Assembly: GCF_000372725.1 (NCBI RefSeq)
Contig: NW_005201231.1
Coordinates: 1 to 64,000 of the forward strand
Length of the DNA stretch: 64,000 bases
Direction: 5' to 3'
Source: Emiliania huxleyi CCMP1516
Taxonomy: Eukaryota
Below are positions 1-11,600 of the stretch, piece after piece. The notes below the pieces were generated by a model that ran no database searches, was not told where the DNA came from, and saw only the letters and a program-made list of their open reading frames with translations. The stretch's first letter is position 1, and each line of letters starts with the position of its first letter. The position numbers and the translations under genes were made by a program.

Positions 1-3000
1 TAGGGCCCCATGACGATTAGCATCATGGAGGGGGGGGGAAGGGGGAGCGGTCGCGCCTCGTCGAGCACCACGTACGTGACGCGCTGCAGGTTGGTGACGC
101 GGCCGCCGTTGGCGGTGAGCATGTCAATCATCCGGCCTGGCGTGCAGACGACGACCTCGGCGCCGCGCCGCAGCTCGGAGATCTGCTGCTTGATGCCGGC
201 GCCGCCGTACACCGGGACCACGCGGATGCGGGTGAGCCGCGCGAACTTGTGCACCTCGCGGTAGACCTGCATGGCGAGCTCGCGCGTCGGGACCTGCTCA
301 CAGCTGCAGGTGTGAAGAGACGCGGTTCACAGCCACCGCCCGCGCTGCGACAGGTGCCGACCATGATGAGAGAGATCGGCCCGTCGTTCTTCTCGAGCGG
401 CGGCTGGTCGAGCACGTGTCGCAACATCGGCAGCGTGTAGCCCATCGTCTTGCCGGAGCCGGTCTTGGCGATGGCGATGACGTCCCTGCGCGAGAGATGG
501 GGAGAGATGGGGAGATATGGGGAGATGTTGGGAGTGGCGCAGCGCGAGCCGTGCCTGCGCGAGAGATGGGGAGAGATGGGGAGAGATGGGGAGAGATGGG
601 GAGATATGGGGAGATATGGGAGATGTTGGGAGTGGCGCAGCGCGAGCCGTGCCTGCGCGAGAGATGGGGAGAGATGGGGAGAGATGGGGAGAGATGGGGA
701 GAGATGGGAGATGTTGGGAGTGGCGCAGCGCGAGCCGTGCCTGCCCTGCATGATCGTGGGCAGCGCCTATAGGAAGGTTCCAGGAAAGGTCTAGGAAAGG
801 TCTTCCTCCACTGCATGATCGTGGGCAGTGCCTGCGACTGGATCGGGAAGGGCGCCGCGTAGCCGCTCTTCTCGATGACGGCGAGGACGGCGTCGGAGAG
901 GCCGCACTGCGTCCACTTCTTGATCGGCTTGGGCACGCGCTTGCCGCGCACCTTGAGCTTGTCCATCGCGAGGCGCGTGGCGGCGACCTCCTCGTCGCTC
1001 ATGCGCTTGATCTCCGGCACCTGCGCGCGGAGGAACACGGGCAGGAACTGTCTCTGAAGCTTCTCGGAGCCGTCTCTAGGCTCGACCTCATCTCGTGCGT
1101 CCGGATGGAGGAGGGGCAGGCGGGGACGTGCCCCCTCCCCCTACCCTCCCCCCTGCCTCTCCCTCCCCTCCTCTCCTCTCCGGCACCTCTATGTAAAAGT
1201 TCTTTCGGAACGGCAGGTAGGTGACGGTCGAGTGGTCGACGCGCGGCAGCTCCTTCTTCTTGGCGCGCGCCACTTCGGCCAGCTTGGCGGCCTCGGCGTC
1301 GGAGTCGGAGTCGGAGTCGACGTCCGCATGCTCCGCCATGTCCGGAAACTCCTCAACGAGCGCCTGCGCGAGATATGGGGAGATATGGGGAGATATGGGG
1401 AGATATGGGGAGATGTTGGGAGTGGCGCAGCGCGAGCCGTGCCTGCGCGAGAGATGGGGAGATATGGGGAGATATGGGGAGATATGGGGAGTGACGCAGC
1501 GCGCGCGTCCATCGCGTCGTCGCCGGTGCCCATCAGCTCCTGCGCCGCCTTCTCTCGCGAGCGCGCGGCGTCGTCCGCTTGCTGCCGCATCCGCTGCATG
1601 AACTGGGCGTGGAACTGGTCGGTGTCGTCCCCGGGCGGCTCCTTGTCCGCCGCCTCCTCTGCGTCGCTCTGCTCCACGTCGCTCTGGCCATACGGGTTGC
1701 CTCCTCCGCTCGCGGCGCCGCCGCCGCCCTCGCCGTCCATCGTGTCCCACGAGCTGGCCGGTCGCGAGTTCATCGCGACGATATCGTCCCAGGTGATGGA
1801 CGTCGCCTAAGGAAGGGAAAGTCAAGCAAGGTGGACTTCTCCGCACACACGAGGTGGGGGGGGCAGGGGCCAGGCCGCCCTCGCGACTCCACGTCTAGAC
1901 GACAGGAGCCGCACGGCATTCAAAGTGCAAGGGCCCGGTGCGTTGGGTGAGCGGTGTGAGAGTGAGTCACCTGCAGCGGGGCGCCCTCGTCCGCAAAGTC
2001 CCCCTCGTAGAAGGCGCCCAGCGGGTAGTAGAGTGCCGTCACTCGCCTGGCGGGCGGAGGGGCGAGGGGTGGGGTCAGTGAAGCCAGTGAGTCGGTCGGT
2101 CGGTCAGTGTCTGGTCAGTGTTGCATCCCTGCCGCGGACGACGACACTCGCAGGCGGGAATCTCTCTTGGAGGTGTCTCGGAAATGCGGAGGTGTCTCGG
2201 AGGTGTCTCGGAGGAGTCTCGGAGGTGTCTCGGAGGCGTCTCGGAGGTGTCTCGGAAGAGACTCGGAAGTGTCTCGGAAGGGTCCGCGCGCCGGCCATCA
2301 AAGAGCCGGCCATCCAGCGCGCGCGCGCACTCGACGGCGGCGTCCTCGGCCTCGAACTCGACAAAGACGCGGCCGAGCCCCCCCCCCGGGGGAGGGGCTC
2401 CCCCCTCCGCCGCGTCCGCCCCGCTCGGCACGTGCACACGCAGCAGCGTCCCCCAGCGGGAGCACTCTGTCCCCGTCTCCATCCGGACCTGGTGCGCCTC
2501 GTCGGCAGCGGCGGCGGCGCGCTCGGGCGAGATGAGGTTCTCGAAGCAGACGCAGCGCGAGGTGCGCTGCGCCGCCCTCTCCTCCCCGTCCCCCTCCTTC
2601 CCCAGGTACAGCCGCGACGACACGTGCGCCATGTACGCCTCGAGAGGATCGGCCGCCGCATCCTCGCCAGCCGCTGCATCCGCGCCCTCGCCCGGCGCGT
2701 GGCCGCTGCTGCCGGCACCGTTGCCGTGGTGGCTGCCGCCCACGCCGTTGGTGTGGCCGACGCCGTTGGTCGCGCCCGCCGGCCGCGGCTGCTGCGGCTC
2801 GTCATCGTCGAAATACGACTCGTCGGCGTCGCCGCCCGGCGCGCGGGTGCGGGAGGCGGCCGCGCCTTGCGCGGAGGAGGCCGCCGGCTGCTTGCCCGCC
2901 GCCCTCTCCGACAGCGCCGACGAAGACTCGGCCGCGGCCGCCTGCTCGGAAGAGAGCTTGGCCTGGCGTTTGGCGCGGAGCGCCTCGAGCGCGTCGCCGG

Positions 3001-3091
3001 GAGTGGCGTCGCTGGGCCCGGCTGCTTGGCGCGGGCGTTTATCCGCGTCCTCGTCAGGCGGCCCGCCCTCTCGCCCGCGCTTGGCGGGCAT
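1..3091 (-). CDS. PRP5: DEAD-box RNA helicase Prp5/DDX46-like, multi-exon, with an N-terminal UHM (RRM-like) domain; 3' part runs off the window
   Basis: Spliced translation gives Prp5-typical [31 protein letters not shown]...[20 protein letters not shown] motif [42 protein letters not shown] and YVVLDEA. Introns at about 486-740, 767-831, 1021-1186, 1364-1505, 1807-1970 and 2047-2292. Confidence 0.9.
1807..1960 (-). repeat. Intronic cassette A (other copies 20865-21015 -, 32625-32777 +, 37080-37229 +, 57735-57885 -, 58520-58740 -)
   Basis: Conserved gcaccgggcccttgcactttgaatgccgtg.ggctcctgtcgtctagacgtggagtcgcgaggg...gcccttgccccaccacctcgtgtgtgtggagaagt...cttag. Confidence 0.9.
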
Positions 3092-3119
3092 GCGAGAGTC
3101 GAGCAGAGGACCTGCTGCT

Positions 3120-3400
3120 GGTAAATAAATAACACGGAGAGCACGGACAGCTCTACTACGAAATGGGTAAAAGGGAAAGAGGTCCCCGCCCTGCGGTCTT
3201 TGGTTCTTTGTGGGTGTGGTCGGCGACTAGCCGGGGTCGTCCTCCCGATGGGGGACTAGCACTAGCCGTCTTCCACATGGTCCCTCGGGTCCCTGCTGGG
3301 TGCTGCTCCTAATCTCGTCGTACATCTCCATCACATCCTCCTGCTGATCTCAGCAACATCCTGCTCCCTCCCTCGTCTCGCCCTGCGCGTCTGCTCCGCC
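3120..3400 (-). mobile_element. Possible 3' remnant of a non-LTR retrotransposon
   Basis: Purine-rich short frame ending ...HVEDG*, similar to the ...RVGDG* end of the element at 49690-51010, followed by a UTR ending in (TTTA)n. Confidence 0.3.
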
Positions 3401-3614
3401 TCCCCGTCGTCTGCCCTGCTGCTGGTGGCGGGGTCCGGTTTTTCTTTTTCATGGTTCGCTCGTCCACGTCCACGTACAAGAAGACAGAACTCTCAGGCCC
3501 GCGCCAGCTCCCCTCCACGGGGAATGTGTCTAGGAATGTGTCGTCTGGCTGGCACGCGGCGCCAGCCCTGCCGCCGCGTGCTAGCCACTGGCAGCGGCAG
3601 CCTCCCCCAGGGTC

Positions 3615-4724
3615 TCAGCCGAGCAGCCCCGGGAAGCCGCCGCCGACAGGGAAGGGCGCTTCCACGCCGCCGGCACGGCGCCCCGCGTGCCTTCCTGCCG
3701 GCGCGAGGCGCGAGTAGTCGCGCACGCCGACCATGTGCATGTCACACGCGGCCGGCGGCGGCGGCGGCGGCGGCGGCGTCAGCAGCGGCGGCGGCGGCGG
3801 CGGCGGCGCGAGGCGCGCCGCGAGGGCGTGCAGAATCGGCCCGAGGGCGACGGCGGCGAGGAGCGTGGCGAGGAGGAGGCGCGCAGCGGAGCGCTGCGGT
3901 TTGCGGAGCGATGCGCCTGCGACTGGGTGGCGGCACGTCGCGATGGCGGCGTCGTGCGTGCACAGCAGTCGCGGCGGCGAGTCGGCCCCCTCCGTCGCCT
4001 CATCCGAGGACGATCCACTGCACGGGTCGTCGAGCACCGTCGCGCAGCTATCCAGCGAGCTGCAGCCGTCGCGCTCGGCCAGGGAGGAGGCGACCGGGTC
4101 GCAAGGCCGGCCGCCAGAGGATGTGGCGGTGGCGTGCGCGGCCTCGCCTTCGCCCAGCGAGGTCAAGTAGCACACCTCGCCGCACATGCCGCCGTCGCTG
4201 CCTTGGCCGCCGTGCGGGAAGGCGGACGGAGACGGGACTTCTAGTGGCGGCGTGCTGAGGAAAGGGAGCGGCGACGGGACGGCTTCCGGCGTGAGACGCG
4301 CGGCCGTTTTCGCCTCCATCCCGCACACTGGATTGGACGGCCGCTCGTCGGCAGACGAGCCTGGGCGCTCCGCTGAGAGCCGCAGGGACGCCACCTCCTT
4401 CTCCTCGACCTCCTCCTCCCCGCCCGTGCTGGGCACCGCGGCGAGCGCGCGGATGTTGAAGGAGACTGGAGACGTGATCTCGGCCACGCCTGACCGCGCC
4501 AGCGCGCGGATGATCGTGGAGCCAGAGGCGGGGCTCGTCAAAGACTCGGTGCAAGCTGCAACCTCGGCAACCGGAGACGTGCGCCCGCCATCTTCGGCGT
4601 CCTGCTTGGCCGCGAGCCGGTGCTTGACGCCTTCGCGGATGCGTGTTGGGATGGCGGAGGCGTGGAGCATGCGGGCGAGGTTGCGAGCGGCGAGCGGCGA
4701 GAGCGGCGAGGCGGCGAGGAGCAC
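3615..4724 (-). CDS. Hypothetical protein, Ser/Pro-rich with one hydrophobic segment
   Basis: 369-aa ORF with a hydrophobic stretch LLLATLLAAVALGPILHAL followed by poly-Pro. No recognisable domain. Confidence 0.35.
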   Translation of the reverse strand: MLLAASPLSPLAARNLARMLHASAIPTRIREGVKHRLAAKQDAEDGGRTSPVAEVAACTESLTSPASGSTIIRALARSGVAEITSPVSFNIRALAAVPSTGGEEEVEEKEVASLRLSAERPGSSADERPSNPVCGMEAKTAARLTPEAVPSPLPFLSTPPLEVPSPSAFPHGGQGSDGGMCGEVCYLTSLGEGEAAHATATSSGGRPCDPVASSLAERDGCSSLDSCATVLDDPCSGSSSDEATEGADSPPRLLCTHDAAIATCRHPVAGASLRKPQRSAARLLLATLLAAVALGPILHALAARLAPPPPPPPLLTPPPPPPPPAACDMHMVGVRDYSRLAPAGRHAGRRAGGVEAPFPVGGGFPGLLG

Positions 4725-5182
4725 GGTGCAAGAGGCAAATTCTCGGCCAGGCGACGGGTGAAACTCAAACGGTCAGACAAAATTCTCTTTTTTACTCATT
4801 CCAGGATGATCGCGATGCGTTCGCTGCCTTCGAAATCTGACCGCGCGGTGCAGCGGAGCCTCGGCCAGTCTTGTGAGCCTGTTTGTGGCTGTGTGTCGCT
4901 CGTAAAAACTAGAAGGTCTTCGAGGGAACGCTTCCAGGCGAGCCTCCACCTTCTCTGTGGCGCCCTGCCCCAGCCCTGTCTTTGCCCGCGCCCCGCGTCC
5001 GCCTCCGCCTTGTGGGTGTGCCGATCCACGCCTCGAAACGTTCTGGATGTGGCGTGTTGGACGCTGCTTTGATCTGCCGGGAGCGACACAGCGTGATGAG
5101 GCTCTGCGGGGACCTGCGGGAAGCGCTGGTATTGGTGGTAACGCTTTGATATTGCGCGAGGGAGAAAATGTAGCTGCTGAGA

Positions 5183-6256
5183 ATGAGTTCGTGCCTTCTC
5201 CTGACATGTGTTGGCGGTTGCTGCCTGCAGGTACGCACTTTGTCCGGAAGGCTGAGCACCACATTTTACGAGATGCTCTCGTCATTGGATTTGGTGCGAG
5301 AGCTGTATGTGAGACCGAGCCACCAACGGGACCAAAAGCCTGCGGTTGCAGTCTGCGTAACTGGGATGCAAAGCCGTCTGATGCCAACAAACCTTGTGAC
5401 GAATATTGTGGCTCCAAATCCAATGTACTCGTTTGATGTTATCTATGTCCTCGATGAAGAGAATGAGCTGTACTACTCCTCAGGGGCGGGCTGGACGTAT
5501 GAACCATCGCCTATGGCAAACCTGGGACCGTCACAGTTGCGATTGGCTCTGGAGTCCATCCCTGGCCCACACCGGGTGCATGTCGTGAAGGCGGATGGAC
5601 ACCAGACTGCTGAGTTTTGGAAGTCTAATTTGACGTGCCCCAAATTGAACACAATTAAACAACACGCACGCATTCAGGACAGGGTACTCAGCATGTATGC
5701 AAATCAAGTAAAATGCGCCGCGGGCATTCGCATCTTGGAGAGTTTCAGGGGCAACCGTTATGATTACATCGTGAGCGCACGCGAGGACACGTTTCTATTC
5801 CATCCTTTGCGTCTCAGCCACGTGCTGACGCCAGACTGCGACCTCGCCTCCAAGGCTGTGCTGGCCTGGGGCGGGGTGAACATGAGGTTGCAAGTGATGC
5901 GCAGAGACAACGGCCTGCGCTTTATGGCTGAAAGGCTGGACTTTTATCAGCATCTTTGTCACAATAAGATGCAAGCCATTAACACAGAAGTGTTTGAAAA
6001 AATGCAAGCTCAACATCTGAAGATGAAGCGGTGTGCACTTCCAATCTCACGCTTTCCTGCTTCTGCTGCTAGGCACGTCTCCAATGGCTCTTTCTGCTTC
6101 AGGGAAGAGACTCGTTATTGCACCACTGACCCTGACAACTACACACGCGCGCTGACGAAGGAGCAAATGCTTCTCAATCTGAACAACTCAGGATGTGTAC
6201 CACGCCAGAGCGTTCCATTTGTTTTGGAACATTTGTGCCTGGGACAATACGATTAG
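5183..6256 (+). CDS. Intronless hypothetical protein, possibly glycosyltransferase-like
   Basis: 357-aa ORF in visibly lower-GC sequence. Motifs VAVCVTG..RL and YDYIVSAREDT resemble the 'A.C..G..R / YD.V...R.D' pattern of putative glycosyltransferase-like proteins. Confidence 0.55.
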   Translation: MSSCLLLTCVGGCCLQVRTLSGRLSTTFYEMLSSLDLVRELYVRPSHQRDQKPAVAVCVTGMQSRLMPTNLVTNIVAPNPMYSFDVIYVLDEENELYYSSGAGWTYEPSPMANLGPSQLRLALESIPGPHRVHVVKADGHQTAEFWKSNLTCPKLNTIKQHARIQDRVLSMYANQVKCAAGIRILESFRGNRYDYIVSAREDTFLFHPLRLSHVLTPDCDLASKAVLAWGGVNMRLQVMRRDNGLRFMAERLDFYQHLCHNKMQAINTEVFEKMQAQHLKMKRCALPISRFPASAARHVSNGSFCFREETRYCTTDPDNYTRALTKEQMLLNLNNSGCVPRQSVPFVLEHLCLGQYD

Positions 6257-6427
6257 TAGGGCTAGCTGTAAATGACGATGCCGATATATTGCGAGCGCCG
6301 AAAGCGTTCGAGCTAATCAAATAGAATTAGTTCGAGCAGAGTGTATATATCAGCTCGTTTATTTTTAACCGCTCTCCCGCGCTGCGACCTGCGCTCGACA
6401 ACTTTTTTTCAAGAGAGAGCCTACACG

Positions 6428-6525
6428 CTGAGCCCTGGCTGTCAGGCAGTCAGGTGCTGTCAGTTGATCTCTGTCGGGCTGTCGGGCACTGTGAGGCACT
6501 GTCAGGTGCCTCTGTCAGACCAATG
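6428..6525. repeat. TGTCAG-motif MITE-like fragment (family shared with 43030-43290)
   Basis: Clustered (c)tgtcag/tgtcgg motifs. It starts CTGAGCCCTGG, the reverse complement of the CCAGGGCTCAG end of the 43 kb copy. Confidence 0.5.
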
Positions 6526-6710
6526 GTTGGGTAGTAGGGCTAGAGGGTCGCTCTTAGCCTCTGCAGCGAGCGAGCGCTCAACTTAGCCCCCGCACGGAGC
6601 CGGCCGGGCGGGCTCGGACTTAGACGCTGTATGGTCGGAGGCCATGAACTTAGACGACACAGTAAAACCCGGGTGTAGGGATCCCTACCTGCAAAAGTCC
6701 AGGTTTACCC

Positions 6711-6760
6711 GGGTCCCGTACCATGCGGAATCGACCCTATCCAGTGCTCAAGTGCTCAAA
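6711..6760 (+). repeat. Dispersed repeat end (GGGTCCCGTACCATGCGGAATCGACCCTATCCAGTGCTCAAGTGCTC)
   Basis: Near-identical to 26850-26896, to 47025-47072 and, inverted, to 25825-25890. Confidence 0.8.
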
Positions 6761-7164
6761 AATACCTGGACGCGTCCCGACCAACAACGTATGCCGCGCA
6801 CGACGCCATATCGCCTTGTCCCAGGGCCAGTGCGCTACTTGCGGCGCGCAACTCCTGCTCAAGTACGCGCACCGTACCATGTGCTGCCGCTATGCGTGTC
6901 TTAAGGCGGCTGCGGCGAAGCGGCGGGCGCGGCATGCCGATGGCAGTGCGGACGATGCGGTTGCGATGTGTTCTGCTTCAAGTTCGTGGCGGTGCTTGGC
7001 ATGCACTTCTGCGATCCCAATCAGCTCATCGCAACGAAGCAGCGCAACAAGCTGGCTGCTGCCAACAAGGCCCTTGGGAATCGCAAACCCACACTCCCGG
7101 GTCGCGGAACATGTGTCCGGTTTGGTTACCGGCCGAGATGCGGTCGATCGGTGGGCGTTACAGT

Positions 7165-7820
7165 GTCAGTCTCACAATCATCTCACGAGTTACAGTGAGA
7201 CGGTGTTGAGACCTTTTGGCAAAAACTGAGAAGACCGCTGGCTCAGGAGTGGTCTCAGTTTTGGTCTCGGGCTCGTCTCAAATTCCTCGAAGTTCTTGTC
7301 TCATGACCGCTCACTCTTGGCGCGCGTGTGTGCATGCCATCGCCGTGGAGACCTGGAAGTAGAAGTAGAAGGAGAGAGACAAAATATGAGACTCGCGTGC
7401 CTACTGTCTGAATTCGCGGAGCGAAGAAAATTTTATACGGAATACGTCCATTTTGGGAGCTTGGAATACGGCGTATTCCATGGAATACGTGGAATACGGG
7501 TGGAATACGGCAGAATACAGGCCTCTGGGAGGTCATTTGGAATACGTGGAAAACGTATTCAGACAGTAGGCTCGCGTGACTGCTAATCTTCATGTCTCTG
7601 GGGACTGGGCAGTCCTCAGCTGCAGGCTCACGCAACGGTTGAGACGTCACGACACTAGGGCACGTTGAGTTGTCTCATCCAAAGTTGAGACTGACAGTGA
7701 GACTAAATGTTGCTGAGACGGACAAGAACGCGATAGAGACAGCAGTGAGACGGAGTAAAGAAAATTTGAGAGGCGATGGAGACGCTGAAAGTGAGACAGG
7801 GACGAAAACACGTGAGACGA
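7165..7820. repeat. TGAGA/TCTCA-motif region with a nested GGAATAC-motif array (about 7437-7560)
   Basis: Many tctca/tgaga(c) motifs in both orientations flanking about 8 ggaatac/gtattc motifs; non-coding. Confidence 0.45.
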
Positions 7821-7933
7821 ATCACTTAACTTGGAGCACTTGGAGTGCAGTCGGTAAACTCACCTCCCGCGTTTTTTTCTTCTCATATCGTGCATCTCGA
7901 TCTCCCGCCGTCATATACGTGTACACATTGTAA

Positions 7934-8520
7934 ATGCTCGCCCTCGCTCTTCTCGCGACGCCCTCAATCGCCTCCTCTCGCCCCCATCCGCGGCGCGGGG
8001 GGGCACTCATCGACACGCGCAACCGCACCGACTTCAGCATCAAGCTCGAGACATTTGTGCCGGCGCTCGCCCTCGCGGCGTCTGCCTCGCGCAAACCCAA
8101 CAAGGCCGCGGACCTCTCCGCCCTCGGTGTCGAGCGGCTCACCATGCCCAGCGAGGAGCGCATCAACGCGCTCCTGCGCCCGTCGCCCAAGACGACGGTC
8201 ACCTACCTCGCCTCGGAGCGGAAGGTGCGGCGCCGCGCCGGCCGACTTCATCTTGCGAGCCCCTTCCGAGAACCCCCCCCCCCCCCCCCCTCGCCGCGCA
8301 GGTGCTGGGCGCGGCCGCGCGCGCGCCAGCCCTCTCCGACTCCATCTCGCGCGGCGAGGTCGTGAGCCGCCCCGCTTCGCCGTGGCTCTTCATCCCGCTC
8401 CGCAAGTCGCAGGCCTACGCCACCCTCCTGACGACGGACAACACCGACTACTCCCGACTACTTCCCACGAGCAATAAGACGGAATCCACGACCGCCACGG
8501 CCTACTCCAAGAGCGCCGTG
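7934..8520 (+). CDS. Signal-peptide-bearing exons, either a separate gene or the 5' exons of the downstream receptor
   Basis: Starts MLALALLATPSIA. GT-AG intron at about 8225-8301; a plausible phase-0 GC-AG intron 8521-8654 would join it to the ORF at 8655. Confidence 0.45.
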
Positions 8521-8654
8521 GCGCCGCCCTCCCCCAGCCGCCCTCCCCACCTCCCTTCCCCGCCACCCTTCCCCCCTCCCCCGCCGCCACCTCCATCGCC
8601 GGCGCTGTCTGAGCATGTGTGTCTGAGCCTGAGCGCCACTCCTGTGCCGCCCAG

Positions 8655-11600
8655 GTGCTCGAGTCGTGGACCGCCGGCGGGCAGCTCCGAAAGCTGGTCG
8701 AGACGGGCCTCGGCTTGGTCTGCGCGGGATCCTTGCTGCTTGGGCGTTCGCGAGTCGCCTCGCTCGAGCAGTCCGCCCGCGTCCGCTTGGCCGCCGCCGC
8801 ACTGCTCGTCGGCAGGGTGGCCGCGCAGAATGCATGTGGCGGATGCGTCGCGTGCAAGTGCGTCGCGTGCCTTGATGAGATCCCTTCGGGATGCTATCCC
8901 TACGATCCTACCGGAGACATGGGGCCACCGAACGCTGAAGAGTGCATAATGGTTGGTGGCATTGATTGCTCCGTCGTACCCCCGGCTCGGCCGTACCCGC
9001 CTTCCATCCCAGCGCCGCCGCTCCCTCCTGGCGGCTACTTCATCATCGGCCCGTGCTCGCTCACCGACGGCGGCTCGTGCGCCACGTCGCCAAACTACCC
9101 GAACAGCTACGGCAGGAACGAGGCGTGCACCATCAGCGGCGTGCCGACGGTCGAGCTGGAGACGGTCGCCTTTGATGTGGACCCGTCGTGGCCCTCGCCC
9201 TGCGGCTGCGAGGAAGTGGGGGTCGCGTTTTGCAACTACGACAAAGGCGACAGCGGCTTCTGTGAGCTGTGCACCGATGTGCCTGGCGGCGCAGAAGAAG
9301 GCTGCGGCAACTGGGACCTTCCGCCGGCGGGGGAAGAGGATTGCCGCAAGTGGTGCTGGAGCTCTACCGACTACGACGGCAATGGCGATTTCACGGACGA
9401 CTGCTACAAGGACTACCTCACCGTCAACGGCAAGAAGTACTGCGGCACCTCGGGGCCGAGTGGCGCGGTGGCGCAGGACGGCGTCATCGAGTGGCGGTCG
9501 GATGGCTACGGGGTCAGGTCGGGCTGGAAGGCGTGCCCCTGGTCCCTCTCGCTCCCCTTCCGTCTCCTCTCTGATGCCCTCCTCCCTCTGCCGTCAGATC
9601 TGCTGGGCGACCGGGCCGCCTTCACCGCCAGCTCCGCCATCACCGCCATCACCGCCCCCGCTGCCGCCGCTCTCCCCCGGCTTTGATGTCGCCGCGGTGA
9701 GCGAGGCTAAGCTCCGCTCCCTGATCACAGAGGCTGATGCCAACGTCTCCATCTACCTGCCGCCCGGTGCGCACTTCAAGCTGGGCAGCCAGATCAGCTG
9801 CTCTTCCACCATCAAAGTGACCGTCGCCAGCAGCGGCGAGGGCGCGACGCTCGACGGCCAGGGAGAGACCGGGCTCTTTTACCTCTCGGGCGGCTGCAGC
9901 CTCACCCTGCGGGGGCTGACCCTCGTCAACGGGACGGCGGGCCTCGGCGGCGTTGTGTACGCTTACGGCGCAGGCGACGTCGAGATCATCGAGTCGACCG
10001 TCAGGGACTGCTCTGCTACCTATGTGCGCCGCGTAGAGCTAGCCGCCGGCCCTGTAGCGCCGCACGGAAGCGGGGCGAGAGGTAGAGAGGGACACGGCTG
10101 CCTCACCCCCGCTCTCTCCTCGCACCCGCAGGCCGGCGGCGTCGTCTACGCGGAGGGCAGCGGTGCGATCTCGATAACCGGCTCGACCGTGGCGGGCTGC
10201 TCGACTGGCGAGGTGCGCCGCGTAGAGCTAGCCGCACCCCTCCAGCGCCGCATGGCAGCGGGTCGAGTGATAGAGAGGGACACGGCTGCCTCACCCCGCT
10301 CTCTCCTCGCAACCGCAGTCCGGCGGCGTCGTCTACGCGGAGGACAGCGGTGCGATCTCGATAACCGGCTCGACAGTGTCGGGCTGCTCGGCTGGCGATG
10401 TGCGCCGCGTAGAGCTAGCCGCCACCCCTGCAGCGCCGCACGGCAGCGGGTCGAGTGATAGAGAGGGACACGGCTGCCTCACCCCGCTCTCTCCTCGAAA
10501 CCACAGTCCGGCGGCGTCGTCTACGCGGATGACAGCGGTGCGATCTCGATAACCGGCTCGAACGTGTCGGGCTGCTCGGCTGGCGATGTGCGCCGCGTAG
10601 AGCTAGTCGCCACCCGAGGGACACGGCTGCCTCACCCCGCTCTCTCCTCGCAACCGCAGTCCGGCGGCGTCGTCTACGCGTCTCGCAACGGTGCGGTCTC
10701 GATAATCGGCTCGAACGTGACGAGCTGCAGGGCTATTGGCACGTACGGGGGGGTGCGCCGCGTAGAGCTAGCCGCCACCCCTGCAGCGCCGCACGGCAGC
10801 GGGTCGAGTGATAGAGAGGGGCCACGGCTGCCTCACCCCGCTCTCTCCTCGCAACCGCAGCGCGGTGGAGCCACATACACGTGGAACAGCGACCTCATCG
10901 TGACCGACTCCACCATCTCTGGCTGCAATGCCTTTCGAGGCGGCGCAGTGTACGTGGGGTCGGGCTCAGCCAGCCTGGCCCGCTCCACCATCTCCAATTG
11001 CTTCGCCTTCGAGTCTGGCGGCGGCCTCTACTCGGAGGGAGGGCGCACCTCCCTTAGCGACGGCACACTCATCAGCGGCTGCTCTGCCAAGGGTCAGGGG
11101 AATTCCATCTTCCTTCTCGCTGGCGAGGTCTCCTACGCCCTCCCCGCCCCGCCCGGGCGCTGGCTGCCAGCAGCTCGATGCGAGGTCTACCGGGGGGCGT
11201 GCACTTACCCTTCTTATCAGGCCAAGCAGAAGGCGTGCCTCGAGCACCGCGAAGACTGCGCGCTCACCGCAGTAGAACCAGTCGACCAGTCGCCCATGTA
11301 TTGCCAAGAACCGAGCCCGGTGTTTCAGCCGTGCAACTGGAAGGGCGACGCCTCCCTCCTCGGCGAGACGCTCTATCGGTTGCCACTAGAGCCCGTCGAC
11401 AAGGATTTTCCCTTTGCTTGTGCGGCCGGTCTCCTCGGCTCAGACGACTTGAGGAATCAGATGAGCAGCAATTGCGCAGGGCGATGCGTCGCCGGGTACC
11501 AATGTCCCGACGAGGCAACTGTTGAGATGCGGCCGTGCGACGCCGGCTACTTCTGCTCTGAAGGGACGAGCGTGCCCCTTCCCTGCCCCGCCGGGTCGTA

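Noticed and set aside
128..794. [10 protein letters not shown] / [10 protein letters not shown] repeat ORFs
   Set aside because: Translations of intronic 10-bp minisatellites.
10024..10860. Repeat-spacer pattern resembling a CRISPR array
   Set aside because: The repeats are ~107-nt GT-AG introns and the 'spacers' are mutually homologous exons; eukaryotic context with no cas genes.
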